From Daphnia carinata (lineage: Eukaryota), in assembly GCF_022539665.2 (NCBI RefSeq), contig NC_081333.1, forward strand, positions 8,184,001 to 8,248,000: 64,000 nt of DNA, given 5' to 3'. The notes below the pieces were generated by a model. That model searched no databases, was not told the DNA's origin, and worked only from the letters and a program-made list of their open reading frames with translations. The position numbers and the translations under genes were made by a program. Shown here piece by piece: positions 1-15,300 of this stretch (position 1 is the first letter of the stretch; every line of letters starts with the position of its first letter).

Positions 1-3000
1 ATCTTAGCAGAAAAAGTGACATCGTTTAAAGTGAAGCTGCTTGCTATTATAACTAAGGTGTTTTTTTTTTCTTTCTTGTAGACGTAAAACTCGCTTACGT
101 AGACACACACTTTGATGTGTGCTGATGCTCCTGGGTTGTGCTGAGTCGATCGACGAAGACTTGTGCTGAATCGGCGATGCCCAGCCACCGCCTTTCATTC
201 CTCGCTCCTTTTCAAACTGTACTCTAGACATACATAATAATACAAGGAGATGGCATATTGACCTGGACCAGCTAAATAAACAGAGCCCCCCCCCCCTCCA
301 AAAAAAAAAGGACATGGCGGAGGTAAAGATTATAAAACAATGACGCCCAGTTGCTCTCTTCCATCGGGGAATCGTTTGACCGTTTGATCCAACTTTTCAG
401 TTAGGAAATTGGCTGGCAAGCAAAAGGTAAAAACTATGAAAGAAAATTGGATGAAAACATAAGAAAAATGGAAATGCTTGGCCTTTTTTTTTTTTTTTCA
501 TTATAGGCCTTTCGTAATCCGTACCCAAAAGCCAAACAGCGTGACTTGATCTGAAACACATTTATTTGAACATTGGTCTCTCTTCTCCCGAACGACTCCC
601 GATCCTGTCAACAGATCACGACTCGCATCAGTTCCCCCACTGACATCCAAAAATGAACGTGATTTGATGACGTAACAATGAAAGAGTAATATTCATTTTT
701 CAAGAAAAATACGTTTTCAATATTCCGGCCGGAATGGATACGTGTCATCTGTGGTCTGAAAAATGATTTCCCCCCTTTTTTTTTCTTTTTTAAATGGGAC
801 GCTACATAGGTGTACGTGTGCGCAAACATAAAAGCGGAACGTCAGTTGCAGACTTTTCGTCCTCCCCCTCCACTGCCTACAATTTTCATCCGACGCAAAT
901 CTCCCTCAAGCGTCTAGTCCAATACTCATCAGCATCTCAATCACAATCTATATGGGCATGAGTGTACGTAAGAGACGAGGGTGAGCTTCTCCCTCCATCT
1001 GCACTATTCAGAATTGTTGCCAACTATTGTATACAGTCCCTGCTGTTTCTGTACAATCTCAACCCTACACACAGTTTCGGGGGGGGGAGTAGTCACCTAC
1101 ACTCAGAGAAGCCATCCTGTTTTTTTTTTTGTACTGTAGTTCTAGCCTAGCAGACGAGAGTGTTTTTTTATTTATATTCATTTTTTTTTGTCCTTTTATT
1201 ATTACGGAACGAATGAAGCGCAAGCGTCGATGGCGTGTCACCCATTACTCAAGTGTGTGGCCACAACAAGCGCTCCCTCTCTCTTCTTTTCCTTGTCTAC
1301 AGTCAGAGAATAAGTCTAGGCTGTTAGCCTTGTGTACAGTTAACCAAATGTTCACTCACCCCATTTATAAATGATGGAGATTGAAAGTGTCTATGTGCGT
1401 ACGAGGGGAAGATTGTCTACATGTAAGATATATATATATAATAGTAGAAGGGAGAGAGCAACAGTAGCCATCCCTCAGGTAATAGGACAGCCCCCCATCG
1501 GACCTATAAATGTAAACCTAACACACATGTTCACATCTGGACACCTCAAGCCCACCCTCCCCCAGAAACCTTTTTTTTTTTCAGTTCTCGATTTCCATGT
1601 GGGTAGGTTCTTGTTAACGGGGTGTACACAACTCTATAAGGAAAAGAGGTACACCTTACTATGAGAAACCTATGAAAAAAAAAAATAGACAAGATGAGAG
1701 GAAAAAAAAAAAACCTTTTAGAGGCCGGTAAACACCCGATATCTTTTACAGAGGGGGGGACATGCGGCACCCCCCACTGGAACGAAAAAAAAAATGTTCG
1801 TTTTTTTTTTCTCAGGTTCTACACGAAAAGAGGGAAAGGTCAGCTGTCGTTGGTGGCATTGATTTCCCAGGGTGGAGCTTCGTTCAATTTCAGATAGGAG
1901 CCCGTTAAAGAAGAGAGGAATGTATAAAAGAAAACGCGGGTGAACATTGGGATAGCGTCAATCTCGGATCAACCTGCCCGCGTGAAATGTTCTTATCTAC
2001 GTGTCGACATTGGCAACAAGCCCATCATCGTCCACGTTACACGCTGACAGGTCACGCACGTCCACATGTTTTTATTTCTTTCGCTTTTTTTTTATTTTAC
2101 AGATAAATATGTTTATCCCGAAAAATAGCTAAAAAGGTCAATGCCATTAAAAAAAAAAGGCCTAACTGAAATCATCATGGCCGTTTTTAGCACGGTTAGA
2201 TCCCCTTTTTTTTCTAGTTTCTCGTTATCCCGCAGCTGATGGAAGGTGATAAAGAGATGCAGACGAAGAATGATGGTCTGTGTGTACAGTATGTACACCG
2301 TGGCCTCGATATGTTTCCCACGGAACTGATGACGAAGGCGCAGAGGGGCATGTCCTCCGTCGGTTCATCCGCACAAGAAAGCGATTAGCACCTCGATGTT
2401 GATGATGAGACGATGGACAGAAGAAAAAAGAGAGCTCTCCATCATCATCAGCCGTATCATGTACACACCATGTAAGGCAGAAGAATGAGAGCGAGAGAAA
2501 AAGAGAGAACTGCTAGATAATGAGAGTGGTGTCCCTCTTTTATCATCATCTCGACAAAGATAGTTCTTTAGGAGATTCTCACTTAGTCCTTTGGCCCGTC
2601 TTTAATCAGCGAATGTTTTAACTCAAATAGAGTTGGCCTTATGCGCCTTTTTTGTTCCAGCCGAAAAGGGATCGTCTTTTTCTGTAGGGGATCGATTTCA
2701 GGGACTCTCCCACAATCTTCGATTGTCAATTGTTCCATCTAAACTACTGATTTTTTTTTTTTTGTTAGGTTGAAAAAGACTTTAAGAAAATTGTATCTTA
2801 AAAAAAAAAGCAAATGGGTGAAACAGTCAGTTGGGTGGCTTTTTTTTTTGTAATTGGAGAAGCTTTGAAAAAAAAATAAAAGAGTGGGAGAATAAATGAG
2901 ACAAGAAAAAGAGACCGGGTTCAAAGACCCTTCCCACACTCTACGTGTAACTATGAACTGCATAATATAAATTAAAGCTAAAAGAAAGAAACGTTGCTAC

Positions 3001-6000
3001 TTGGATGGCCATTTTTTCTTTCTTTTTTGTCAGCAAGCAAATAGTTTGGCTATTGTAACGTATACGTGCATGATTTGTGTCGAGTATAGAGAAAAAGAAA
3101 ATGACTGCAAGTTGATAGCGTTGATAAAGACCGGCTTTGGAACAGAGACCTCCAAGAAAAGGTTGAAACGTTTCGTTCGCCTTTACTTCATTACACTAAA
3201 TCTTAATTAACCGCCACGACACTTGTGTAAAAAAAAAAAAACGGCTGAAATCCTCGACTCACTTTAGGAAATGTATGTTAAACATTTGCCCCAAAAGAGG
3301 AATATGGCATTTCTAGTACCCCGATCAATTTCGAAAATAAGCTTTAAAAAGTAAGAAATGGTTGAAAGGACAAAAGGACTCTTAAACGAATGTGTTTCTG
3401 CGTTCTTGTCCTCTCACGAACGGAATCAAATCCTCTCATAAAGTCTCAGTTTTTGTCCTAGAAATGGTCAGTGCTAAGGCAATGCAGCAATTGGGCCTAG
3501 GATAACATTACAGGCCGTCTTGGAGTTATACGACCTTCAACAACAACAACGTTGTTTTATTGAAAATACGTAGAATCCAGCCAATGAAAAAAATAAAAAT
3601 TCGAAACTGTTGTATACACATTGTCTATTATTGCATTGGTTATTTTTCTTGAAAATCCGTATTTTTCTTTCATTACATTTTCTTGTGTAATATTTTGCCG
3701 TTTGCGGTAGAGCCATCGGGTTTACACACGCCGGTTGATGTAACAGATGGAAACAAATGGAGGCACACACGTCGCAATAGAATATTAAAACAAGCCTTCA
3801 TCCCCAAACGTATTTCTATTATGTACAGGAGGTCATCTCCTTTCATGTTACTCCTTCTTATGCTTTTCTTTTTGGTCCCAGTCATACAGTTCGTTGGGTG
3901 CACTGCCCAAAAAGGGGAGAAATAATAATCAAAATGATGAAAAGGCTGTATGCAATAGGGCTCTGTTTCTCAGTTTTACGAGCTTTCCTTTTTATTTGCA
4001 ATAATCGTAAAAGGTGTACTGTGTAACAAAGATGTACGTGCCATTATTGTTGGCCAAATCAACTAAAATCATTGAACGTATTTATCAAAACAATTCGATT
4101 AGTTTATAAGGCTTTCTTTTGGATTGGCCAGACCAAACGGCTCGACTTGTCTACATCCGGTGACTGATCGATGCAGCCTGTTTTTACTATACGCTCACTT
4201 GAAACATGAAATTAAAATTTCAATAGAAATATTTTTTACCCTAGGCATTTGGAAGCCAACGAAAATTAATTTTCGGATGTATGGTCGAATAAATTGATCA
4301 TTAAGGAGACCCGTGGCTCAACACGATAAATGTATTTTATGTCTGCACGTAATGGCTTTGTGATGATGAGTTATTAGAAGTATACCTGCACGCTGCTGCG
4401 ACTATGTTTCCGATGACCTAACAGATAAAAATGTAGTTCGTTTTTTTTTTATTGCATTCGTTTTAATCAGAAAACAAATTTCCGGGGACAATGTAATGAC
4501 ACAGAGTATAACGAAACTATTTAATCGAATCCGTGACATTGTGTACACGCGACGTACACTATATTACGTCACAGAGAGTGGCGAAAGCTTCACATTTGCA
4601 AGTGAAAAACTCCAATAGAAGGAAGCCATTCATCATTTATGACTCGCCCTTTTGAGCTATCAAGATAAATGGCCCATTTTTTTCCTTTTTCCACTCTCCA
4701 ATAAAATTACGTTTTCAATGGCTGCCTGAAATTTTGGCTCTCACCTTCGATATCGTAAAATTTCTTTTGAAAGGGCTTTTCCAATTCACCAGGTCCCGCA
4801 GTGTTGATGTCTTGATATATAAAAACCGCTGGTGAGCTATAAACTACTCACTTCATATTGGGTCCCGTGTACATGCACCCCATTTCTATTTAACCAGCTC
4901 TCAATTTCGACGGGCAAAAAAAAGTGTGTCGTTTTAAAAATCATGACGAATGGCTTTCTCCCCATCTGAGCGATTTGCATTTAGAAGAAAATCGCGCAAC
5001 AAATCACGAACGCTATTAGACTTAGATGCGAAACGCGGACGAGGTAAACGAGCCTCTCTTTCCCGACAACAAATAAAGCTGTTAGAAAAAGGAAAGTCTA
5101 AACGATGTGGAGCTAATCAAAAGCAACTGAGAAAAAAAAGGGCAAAATTGACGGATGATTTTTTTTTCTTTCCTTTTCCTCATTGTCCAATTCGGCCGGA
5201 AATGGAGCGGAGAGAAACGTGCGCTTATTGATGCCAATCAAGCAGCTGGTCGTGATCGAATCAGATGCGTACAGGTCTTACCTGCACTAAAGCCTGCCTC
5301 CCATTTGTGGCCGTTTGACGTGCAAGAAGAAACTCCGTCATTGGCTTGTCTTTCTGCCACGATGCTCATCTGTCTTTGTTAGAAAATGGCAGGACACAGT
5401 GGGACGTTAATGAGGAAACGAGTGTAGACACATGGACCGAATAGAAAAAATTGGTCTGAACGTTCGTGTGCATATCAGCCGTCGGAACGTTTTCACCCAC
5501 CGTTATACGTTGCCTCAACCAAAGTACCTCGTTAACTGGCCCAGCAATAGTCCTTGACTGCTCGACTTCTTTTTTGGGAGCCCCATCGTTTATTATCAAA
5601 AGTGGTTTTCTCTCTTTCCACCCTTCTCCATGTAACCCCTCACTTTTATTTCTTTCCTGTCTGACGCGCTCCTCCAGTTTAAATTGTGGGGGTGGGTTAT
5701 ATATATACGGGTAGGTCATTTATAGTTGTTCAATCGTACTAATTTTGTTCTCCTTTTTTTTGTAACTTGAAAGACTTGTGTAGTGGATTTGTAGCAAAAC
5801 GATGGATACTCTACGTATTGTTTCACCCACATCTTTTTTTTTTTGGGGGGGGGGGGGGAGAGTAGTAGGCAAGCTATGTGTATCAGTGATATATTGACGA
5901 GAGATTTCCTGTATTAGTACATACAGCAAAAGTTTGAGCAAACAAATGGAAATAGCTGGGGATGTCTCGTGGCTGTGTGCGGTGTGGCTGTTATATATAT

Positions 6001-7277
6001 CCAATTTAAAGGAATTACATCAAATCAGTGTATAGAGTCTTGTATAAAGGGGGATTGGTGAGAACTTTTCGTTGCTGAAGTTGACAATTTCAATTTGAAC
6101 CGACAAAAGGAATAAATAGCAAGCACGTGCAGAGAAAGCAATAAAAGAAAAAAAAATAAAGTTCTTTTTTTTTGTGATGCACAAGACGACGTCGAAAACG
6201 GCAAGAAAAGCAGAATCGAATTACCTTTGATCAACAGACTCAGTTCAGCAGACACGAAGGAAAAAAAATTTAGATTTAATTGGAAAAAGAAAATTGTGTC
6301 GTGTTTTTTTTTTTTTTTTTTTTTACATATTCCATCTCTATGTCAATTCATTTTCTTTTGATATCAACGGGCCTGCGGATGGCCGATATATATAGCTATG
6401 CGCTTCAGTTAGTCACAATAGGACTGGTTTTCATTCTTCCTCTACTGTGACGCCAATAAAAATATAGAAAAAGATAGACACTAAACAAAAACCGAATCAG
6501 AAGTTGCAAGAGGGGAACGATCGAAATACAACGCGATCGGATACACGGCTGAATATCGTCGTGCAGAGAAGGTTCGCTCGCGCGCATACTCGCACTTTTA
6601 TTTTTAGTAAATCAACCAGAAATATATTTGGGGAACTCACCTGAGCCTTAAAATAAGCTTTGAAAAATGAACGAAAGAGAAAAGGGCAGTAATCTTATAT
6701 TCTATAGTTGGCCGCGTCGTGTGTAGGTGGGCATACGTAACTGTAGAGTACGGCGTTGATGGCTGACTTGATCCGTTTAAGCTGGTCGTCCCTCCTGCAC
6801 CTCCGCCAGGCAGCGTAAATTACAACAACACTCTACGCGCAACAGTCGTTGCCCGGCTTTAGAAAATAAGCGTTTCCATTTCGTCTGTGATTGCTTTCGT
6901 ACCTACAGAAGAGTAAAGGGGACGTACAGGATATATATCTATAGGATCAAAACTTTATTTTCCATTACAGTGTTCTACGTTGTGCAGAGGTATAGAGAAA
7001 AAAAAAAAAAAAAAAAGGGAAGGGGTTCTAACGTCATCGCAGAGGGGAATGGCGGGTGCCAAAAACCTGCGCTCTGTTTGTGTTGGAGCTCCGCACACCT
7101 GGACGCCCTCTCTCTTTTTCTATCCCAATATCTATTTAAACCATCTCCCTTCCTCCTCTTCCCCTCCCCCTCCACTGTATTCATTCTGTTCTATTCTGGC
7201 TGCTGCTTTAAAGCAACGAATACACCACATGTGCACAGCATCCAGACTGCTGTTGCTGCATTCGAACTCAATTGGAT

Positions 7278-7312
<35 letters not shown>

Positions 7313-7359
7313 ATACCTCTCCCCCTTCCTTTTCTCTTTATATATATATATATATATAT
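7278..7359. repeat. (CT)n followed by (TA)n microsatellites
   Basis: CT repeat 7278-7311 and TA repeat 7339-7359. Confidence 0.9.
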
Positions 7360-7416
7360 CTGTACCCAGGGCATCCGTCCTCCTCTTTTCATCCTACGTT
7401 CACCAATTGTGCATAC

Positions 7417-7651
7417 CTTTCTCTATAGTTCTTCGTTCATTCTCCTGTGTGTATTTTCACATTGCGCTTTGGTTGCTGCTGGTACCATTGGACGCATCAT
7501 CAGAGCGCCCGCGTCGCTATTATCCGAAAAACTAGATTGAGAAGGGGGAGAAATAAAACGAACAAATATATTTTCTCCCCCCTTCCTTACGTTCATTTCA
7601 CCTTTCTGGCTGTCGACAGTGGAAAATGTCCCGGCAAAAATTCAGAACTGA
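7417..7651 (-). promoter_or_regulatory. Probable transcription start and two spliced 5' UTR exons of a minus-strand gene whose coding part was not found in this window
   Basis: TCAGTT initiator (7651-7646), exon to 7591, GTAAGG donor, 59-nt intron ending in pyrimidine tract plus TAG, exon 7531-7417, then AAG|GTATGC donor. All three frames contain stops. Confidence 0.4.
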
Positions 7652-9304
7652 CTTCGCAGCAGGAGACCCAAAAGCCAGTATTAGTTGTGGGGGTATAAAA
7701 ATAGGCTTCGTGTTGGGAGGTGTTCTGTACGGTGCAATACGTAGCGTATAGAGTAGTTGATATACTGCCAACGAAATAGATTAAAGCTATTGATTTATCG
7801 CTGGATGGCTGCGTCCTTCTATTCTTTGATGATTGGAAGAATGAGGAATAGATAGGTAACATTCACCTCTTTTCATTAGACAAATAACTCGTATGCCCAG
7901 TAGAAACACATTCTCTTTTGGTTAGAAATGATTGGCTTTAATCTAATCTAAGCTGTTGTAAATCATTTTGTTTTTATCTCTATGGAGGGGAGAACTCGCT
8001 TGTTCCCTTTTTTTCTTACCTGTCGTTTTGAATTTTCTTAGCTTTTCAAAGGGAGTGCTTGACATGTTTCTGCCTCTTTTCTAGTGGGCGTATATACACA
8101 GCACGTTCCCATACCTCTAGACGTTGTATAGGTGTTGGTTGCCATTATTTTTACACCGCATTTTGTTCCCTCCTTTTTCTTTTTAGGAAAAAAAACAAAA
8201 CAAAACATGTGGCTTTTATTTTATATTCTTGACTGTGTTTCCGATACTCCAGCTTTTTTGGCAATATGAAACACCTGGGGTTTGGCTCTATATGCAGCTC
8301 TCCTATTTCTCGCTGTTGCTGTGGTTTTTTTTCTTTCCTCCCGTTCCAATCACGCCCCCTCTTTTTTTTTTGCATACGATCGCAGTTTGAGAAAAATGAA
8401 ATGGTGATGAAATTGCCATTGATTTCCATCGACAAGTACGACAAAGTCGTTTAACAGCTACACGTTTAACGTGTCAATGTATAAATAAACACAGCGACGT
8501 AGAGGACACATTGTGCGTTAAGGGCAGAGAGGTGTCAGTATTGCACAGGGTCTCACATTCTCCTGATTTTCTATTTTTCGCCACGTAGGGACTTGAGCGA
8601 AAAAAGAAACTTATTGACCAACACACGAAAGAATAAAAAAAAAAAGGAAGACTGGCACGCAGCCATTAGCATATTTTGTTTCGCCATAGAATTTCGTTTT
8701 CGTGATACGTCTGCGACTATTCTCACCTTCAAATTGCTAACGGGTATCCAATTCATGGCCGATGTTTTATTGTGTGCATGAAATTTCTTTTCTTTTATTT
8801 ACGCTGTCGTTGCGCATTTTTGGGGAGGTGTTTGGCTGCAGTGTTTCAAAAAAGAAAGAACGAGGAAGACGCTACTTAAGCTGCTCAGCGGATTCCTTTA
8901 GCCCAGCAATTTAACACTGAAGAAAGAAAAAAGCCGGGCCGGATCGAGCCCAACGTTCTGAAAATTGAGGCTGATGAGGTTTTTTGCGTGTGCAACGGAA
9001 AACTATGGAGAGCAGGTTCAAGCGTTTTCAACACATCGGAATTCCGCGTCGAAAACGATTTTGTATACAAGAAGGCGGTGGTGGATGCGTCCGGAATGTT
9101 TTCATTAAAATGCCACTAGGATCGAAGAACGTTGCCGTGTTCGCACATATCGACGTCACCCGACTTCTCCTTTTTCTTGTGTTTCGTTGTCTCCCCGATT
9201 CCGATGTCACACCATGTCCTATTACTCATTCCAGTCCCAAACGCCCCATAGCCGTCAAGAAGACGATCTCTGTTATGGTGCCATGGCGCACAGTTTTAAA
9301 CCTC

Positions 9305-9343
<39 letters not shown>
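9305..9343. repeat. (CT)n microsatellite
   Basis: Direct reading, one interruption. Confidence 0.9.
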
Positions 9344-9346
<3 letters not shown>

Positions 9347-12300
9347 AAACAATTTTCTTTCTTTTACTGATGAATTTTACGTTCCCTTTTTAACCCGATA
9401 GCTCCTTCATTTCTCTTGGAATTCGGCTGCACCGATCTCTCAGATGAAAGAATGTAGATGCTGCATTTGATTTTAACGAGCTAAATTCAGACACCTTCCT
9501 CTGCTTGTAAGAGTTTTACGTAATCGTTTAATTAAAAAAGAAATGAATACATTTCCTGTCAAATTTCATGGGAAAATGAGATAAATGTAACACAATTTAC
9601 AAGGGGAAAAAAACCACCCTGTAAGAAGAAATCTGCCTTTCCGTTTAGCGTGACTCAACCGGAAACCCCAATTGGTTGGTAAAGATAAAAATGAAAAACT
9701 ACTGATTGCTTTTTCCCCCCTCTCATTTTTTTTTCTTTACCTCATCGCTAACAAAACGGAAAGGTGTGGAAGGAAATTGAAGGTCTACATACCGCCAATT
9801 AATTACGCCATCCAACAGCAATTCATTTACATCATTCGTTGGTTTAAAAAAATAAACAGCTTGACAAACAGTTTGATAGGAATGTCCAGCCGTTGAGTAA
9901 CAAACAAATTTGACATTAAAAAAAAAAGATGTAACGGTTTTTCTCGTTGCCTTTCGTGGATCGTCCTACCTTTTCCTCTTACAAATGCGGAATTCAGAAA
10001 ATTCCGTTTAGCAGAGGAAAACGATTCCCTAAATGATGTCCTTGCGCTTAAAGTTCATCTGAGATGTGAATAGAAGATCGGTTCCCATCATATTCTTTTT
10101 TTTTTTTTAGCGATTAACAAGTCAAGACTGAGCCTTTCGAGGACAATAAAGAAAAGCTGTTGGAAGCTATTGCGGAATACTCCAACGGATAAAGAGCCAG
10201 TTTTTTTTCAATCATCTCAAACATTTCACTGAGCTCTTTTCTTCTCGCTCCGTATCAGGACGTTTGAACGAGGGAAAGGACTTGATGCAACATAGCGGAC
10301 AGGAGTCGAATATCGGTCTCACTTTTTGTTTTCTCTCCCCTCATTTCTTTCGTGAAAAATCTAGTCAAAGCCAAAAGAATGCTCTATTCTCTTCGACGTC
10401 TTCCCTGTGGCGCTTTAGTCGACGTCACCGATCAGTTGTTGTCGAGTGGCCTTTTACCATACATATAGAGAGAGCTATTGCTTTTTACTACCTCTGTTTT
10501 GTGTTTGCACTTTGAGAACGAGACGATGCGGAAAATTGCCGTGCGACACTCTTTCGTTGGAACTAAAAAGCCGATGGGCGCTGGAACCCCCTGCCGATCT
10601 CTTATGTAGTTAGAAGCTCTTGTGTCTTCCACCTTTTTTTTTTTTATTCGATCTCTCAACAGGAGACCGCACAAGAGTCTACTTCAAGCATATCAGGCCT
10701 TTTTAAAAAATAAAAATGTATAGAGAAGCAAAAAAATGTGCGGACTAATAGACAAATGATGATGTCTGATGCCTTCACATCTGTATACGGTGAGGTATAG
10801 TACTTTGTATACGCTATCAAAGAACATGAGAAAGCCCTTTACAATGTTCATATGAAAGGCTTCACCTTTTTCCGCTAACTGTACATAAGAAAATGTTTTA
10901 GTGTGTACCTATGTGTATTGCTCAAGGGGGGAATTCAGCAACGCTGCTGGAACTCTGTTCCTATTCATTCGCCCCACTAAAAACATTTTCTTTTTTTATA
11001 TATATTCTATAGGCTTTTACATATTAAGACGCCATGTGATTATTCCAGTCCAATGAATCGTTTAGTCAGTTAAAAGCCACTAAACAAACAATTTGTTTTT
11101 TAACTACACATATAGACAAGGCCCAGAGAATATCGTTGGTGAAAGGTTATCTTCATTCTGCCACTACAAACCTTTTAATTGTTGTACCGTATAGAATTTT
11201 TTTTCTACCCGAAACTAAGTAGGAGAATATGTAACGTTCCAGTCGAGCAAGTCGCAGGGAGGTCGCTTTAGATCTCGAGAGAAAGCGTTGAACACACATG
11301 TTTTCGTATATACATATCACCCAATCGATGTAGGCTATTAAGGACGGAGATTTCTATACGCACACACGCAAAACGGAAGAAATTCTCACGTGGAGATGCA
11401 CTCGTCTAGTTCCAGAACCCAAGCAACGAATAAAAAAAGGAATTTCAGATGTAAAAGAAGTTGGAGGTCTCCATCCACTTGAGTCGATAAACATCCTAAA
11501 CATTTATTTTCTATGGCACTTTTCCCTTCTGGTTTTTTACCCTCTCGTTCGATCACTGGACAACATTTTGATTCTTCTTATCCTTAAAAAAAAATGGGTT
11601 CAATCATAGTGTGTGTACTTGCACTTATAACGACAATATATCGAAGGGGTTGGAGCATTTTCGATCTGACGGTGGGTGAGAAATCCTCCACAAGCCTCAA
11701 CTGACTTTCCATTTCGAATTGAATGGGAACAACAACAAAAAAACGAATTCCGTCACATTTGAAAGCATCCGTGTGTTAAAAGTCATTCAATCGTCATTCA
11801 ATCGAAAGGAGTTGAAAATGCTTTGATGTACACCCTAGAATTGACGACTACCGGTTCTTTAACAATTGGTGAGAACTTCTGTCGAATTTCATTCGTCTAA
11901 CACGTTACAGGTTATCTAGTGTTGGCCGTTGTGATGACGTGGGAATCGATTGTTTGCACGATTTTCTCTTACAATGTCCTAGAATTGTATCGAGACGCAT
12001 ATGGCGTTTGATGGAGAAAACAAAAAGAGCGACCAGCCAAAAAAAACTGATGATTGTGTGTAATAACAACACACTATTTATTACGACCAAAATCAAAATA
12101 GCAGTAGCAGCTTGTGTGTAATCGGATATCCTAAAAAGCTACTCTCATTCCATCGTTCAATCAGCCGATCATCGAATTCCTGGCGTGTCGAGTGATGTTC
12201 TCGCTAATCCGACGATTCCAACACAACAGAACAAAAAATATTGGGGAACCAACAACATATGCAGCATAAATATATCTGATTTCATTAAACAGTTATGTAC

Positions 12301-15300
12301 AGTCCCCACATGAAACCCTCTGCTGTCTTTTTCGAAGGGGGGGCCTTCCATTTTTTTTTTAAAAAGGAAAATGAATTGATTAAAAAAAAAATAGGGGATC
12401 AACGATAATTGTTTTGCAGATGCCTACCAGGCACAACGATAATACGTTTGATGGGCAATATAAAAGAATAAAGAATTCTTACATCCAAGGTACAAGGATT
12501 TTTGAAAAGATGTTCCTCTTTCGATAAAGATGCTTCAGAAATCCTTGAGTGGTGTAAAACGATCTCGACGGTGTAGGCCTCTGTGCTTTAAAGGAATGTT
12601 GTCTTGTATCCAGCAAAAAGGTGAGCTGGACCTACCTCTTTGGAGTAAGAAAAAACCTTAGCAGAAGAACAAGAATAGAGAAAAAAAAAAGGTGAAGAGG
12701 GGATTTGTGAAAGAGCCTCTCGAACTCAATCGTTCCGGAGCCCCCTCTCTTCTTGAGTCTCGAGTTACCTGGCCCATCATCAAGGTAGTCCCTATCTCTA
12801 TACACAAGATCTTTTTCTCTCTTTTTTTATCACGTCTCCCGTATAGACCGCAATTGCAGCTATACTACCTCAACGAAAACTAGCTCTCAATTCAATTTTT
12901 CATCTCCATTTTCTTTTGCTGGCTATTCTCATTTTGAAGGGCATTATTTTCTTTTTTTCTCTACTACATAAATGTATGGATTTTTTTTGTTGTTGTTGTT
13001 GTCCGACGACGTTTGTACGTCAGTAGCACCGGTCTGAAAAGCAGCACTATATAACCATAGGGGTCTATTGTTGGTAATCAAAAAGGACGGACGCATATAC
13101 AAAAGATAGGGAGAAAAACGGATGAGGGTCTGGCCGTGGGGCTTGGCCAAGTACGCATATATACAAGATGTACACGAATGTATAAAGAGAAATGATGTAT
13201 ATGAGCAGGGCATGAGGTATACACAGCCGCAAGGCTATACGTACAGAGTCGATTGAATGAAAAGATCATTTCTGGTCGAGCGGAAAAGCACCTTTTTATT
13301 ATATTATTATATTATGTTCCACTGTGTACACAAGTAAACTTTGTAAAGGCCAGTTGGACTCTATCCTTATATTCATTGGATACATCTACTACCTTTATCA
13401 TATCTTCAAATTACTCTTTTTTTGTGTGTGGAGGCCCCATTGTACGTCTGTTCCGGACCCAACACCGATAAGTTCCTCTTACATCTATATTTATGTTCTG
13501 TACGCAGAGTACAGCGTACGTGTATAATAAAGACTATCAGACAAGATGATCATCAGTACAAGATCTGACGAGATATGCGTTCTCTGCTTAGTTTCCTATT
13601 TAAGGTGTGCCTCTTCCGCACTACACCCATTTTTTTTAGATGACATTTAGAGGGGTGTTCAAGAAAGAAAATCCAGTTGAATATTTTCGTTGTAAATAAT
13701 GAAGGCGCTGAATAGTAATCCAATGAGGGTATCACAAGACGCATAAATATTGCCAGCCACTTGAGAGTCTTGAAAGACTTGGCATTCAAGTTTCAAAACA
13801 GTTTTTCAACCCTCCTTTTGCCCCGTATATCTGAGATAGTCGTCCGCGCCCTCCGTGCAACATCAAATGATGAATACGTTTTTGACGCTAAACACATGAT
13901 GCAGTTTTTATGCTCTGTGTTTTTGGTAGGGGTTGAGAAAGTGACAGAACACACGGTCGTAAAAACTCTTAGCAAAAACCAGAAGACTTTTACGTTTTTC
14001 TTTTTGAAGGTTGTGAACCACTAGATCTGCTCTGCTGTGGAGAATATCTGTGTTTATTCAAAGATCAAGCGCCTTTCACATCCGCCTCTCCCTTTTTTTC
14101 TGCTTAAATAGTTCTTGACCAAAGGGATCCATCATCGGTCCTTGTAAACCTCCCCCCCCCCATCCCGTGTTACAATGATAGGTTTTCCTCATCGTTAGCA
14201 GATAACGACTTTTGTACACATAATGATGAAGAACGTGTGCGAAAACTGGCTCACATGCCAATACTTTATTGTTTTATAAACAATAACATGTAGCGCTAAA
14301 ACTGCGTCTAAACTGTGAAAATCTGAAAACGGAGACGTCAATCTGTTGCGCACAATCAGTCGGCAGACATCGCACTTTCGATTACATGTGAAAAAGTTTT
14401 CGTCGCTCCTCCAGTATCATCGAATAACAGAATGTGCGTCCGTCACAGCACAAAAAAAAGGGGAGGAAAAATTACCGAGAAAAGGAAACCTGAAGCGCGT
14501 ATCGGTCAACGTGTTTGGAAAACATTTTTGCTTGGCATTTCAAATGTTTTTCTTCTTTATCGTAGTTTTTCTTTAAGAAATCTTTCCGAAGCGTTTGATA
14601 CTAGATGAAAGGTTATCAGAGAGCAGAGATGTGCGACTGTGCAGGCATACGACGATATCGTCATATCCGGTACCTTGCAACTTCGACGATGACCCCTTTC
14701 ACCGCACCAGCACAGGAGATAATCAGCATTTTGCAGTGGGATTCAAAATCTAGTATTTAAAATATGCAACGTCATTCCCTTTTCAGAAAATTAAGTAGAA
14801 AGAACCTGCGCTTTTGATCAGTTCAGCCGGTTATTCATCCCAGAACGTTTTTGTTCATGAAAATTCACGTGGCCTTTTGACGAGTATTGACAACCATTGG
14901 CTCATCAACCGTTTCTTCCCTCCCGAAGTAAAAAGGTTATCAACGCTTTCCTTTTTTTTTATGCCCGTGTGTGTCTACTGTGGCATATTTACTCGTCTAG
15001 CCTGATGAATCGTATCGTGTTCTGTCCATCTTCGCTCACAAGAAAACACGCAGACAGAAGAAGCGGCCGACTTCCAGCTGGAACAGGAAAAAGCGGCCTA
15101 ATCCATTTTGTGTACCATCTTTTTAAAAGGGAATATATAGAGTTTTGATGAAAGTATAGAGTCTGTATTTTTATCGTCTTTTCACTTTGAAAAGCCAGAC
15201 ATCTGCGTCGAAGGTGGTGGGGAATATAAGAAGACACGCAGCATTTTCAAAGATTATCAGAGAAAAAAAAAAATAGAGAACGTTGGTCAAAGTTCAACGC

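Noticed and set aside
1320..1900. Unusual homopolymer-rich segment with short G/C runs
   Set aside because: No coherent repeat, hairpin or ORF. It looks like low-quality consensus sequence, which cannot be tested here.
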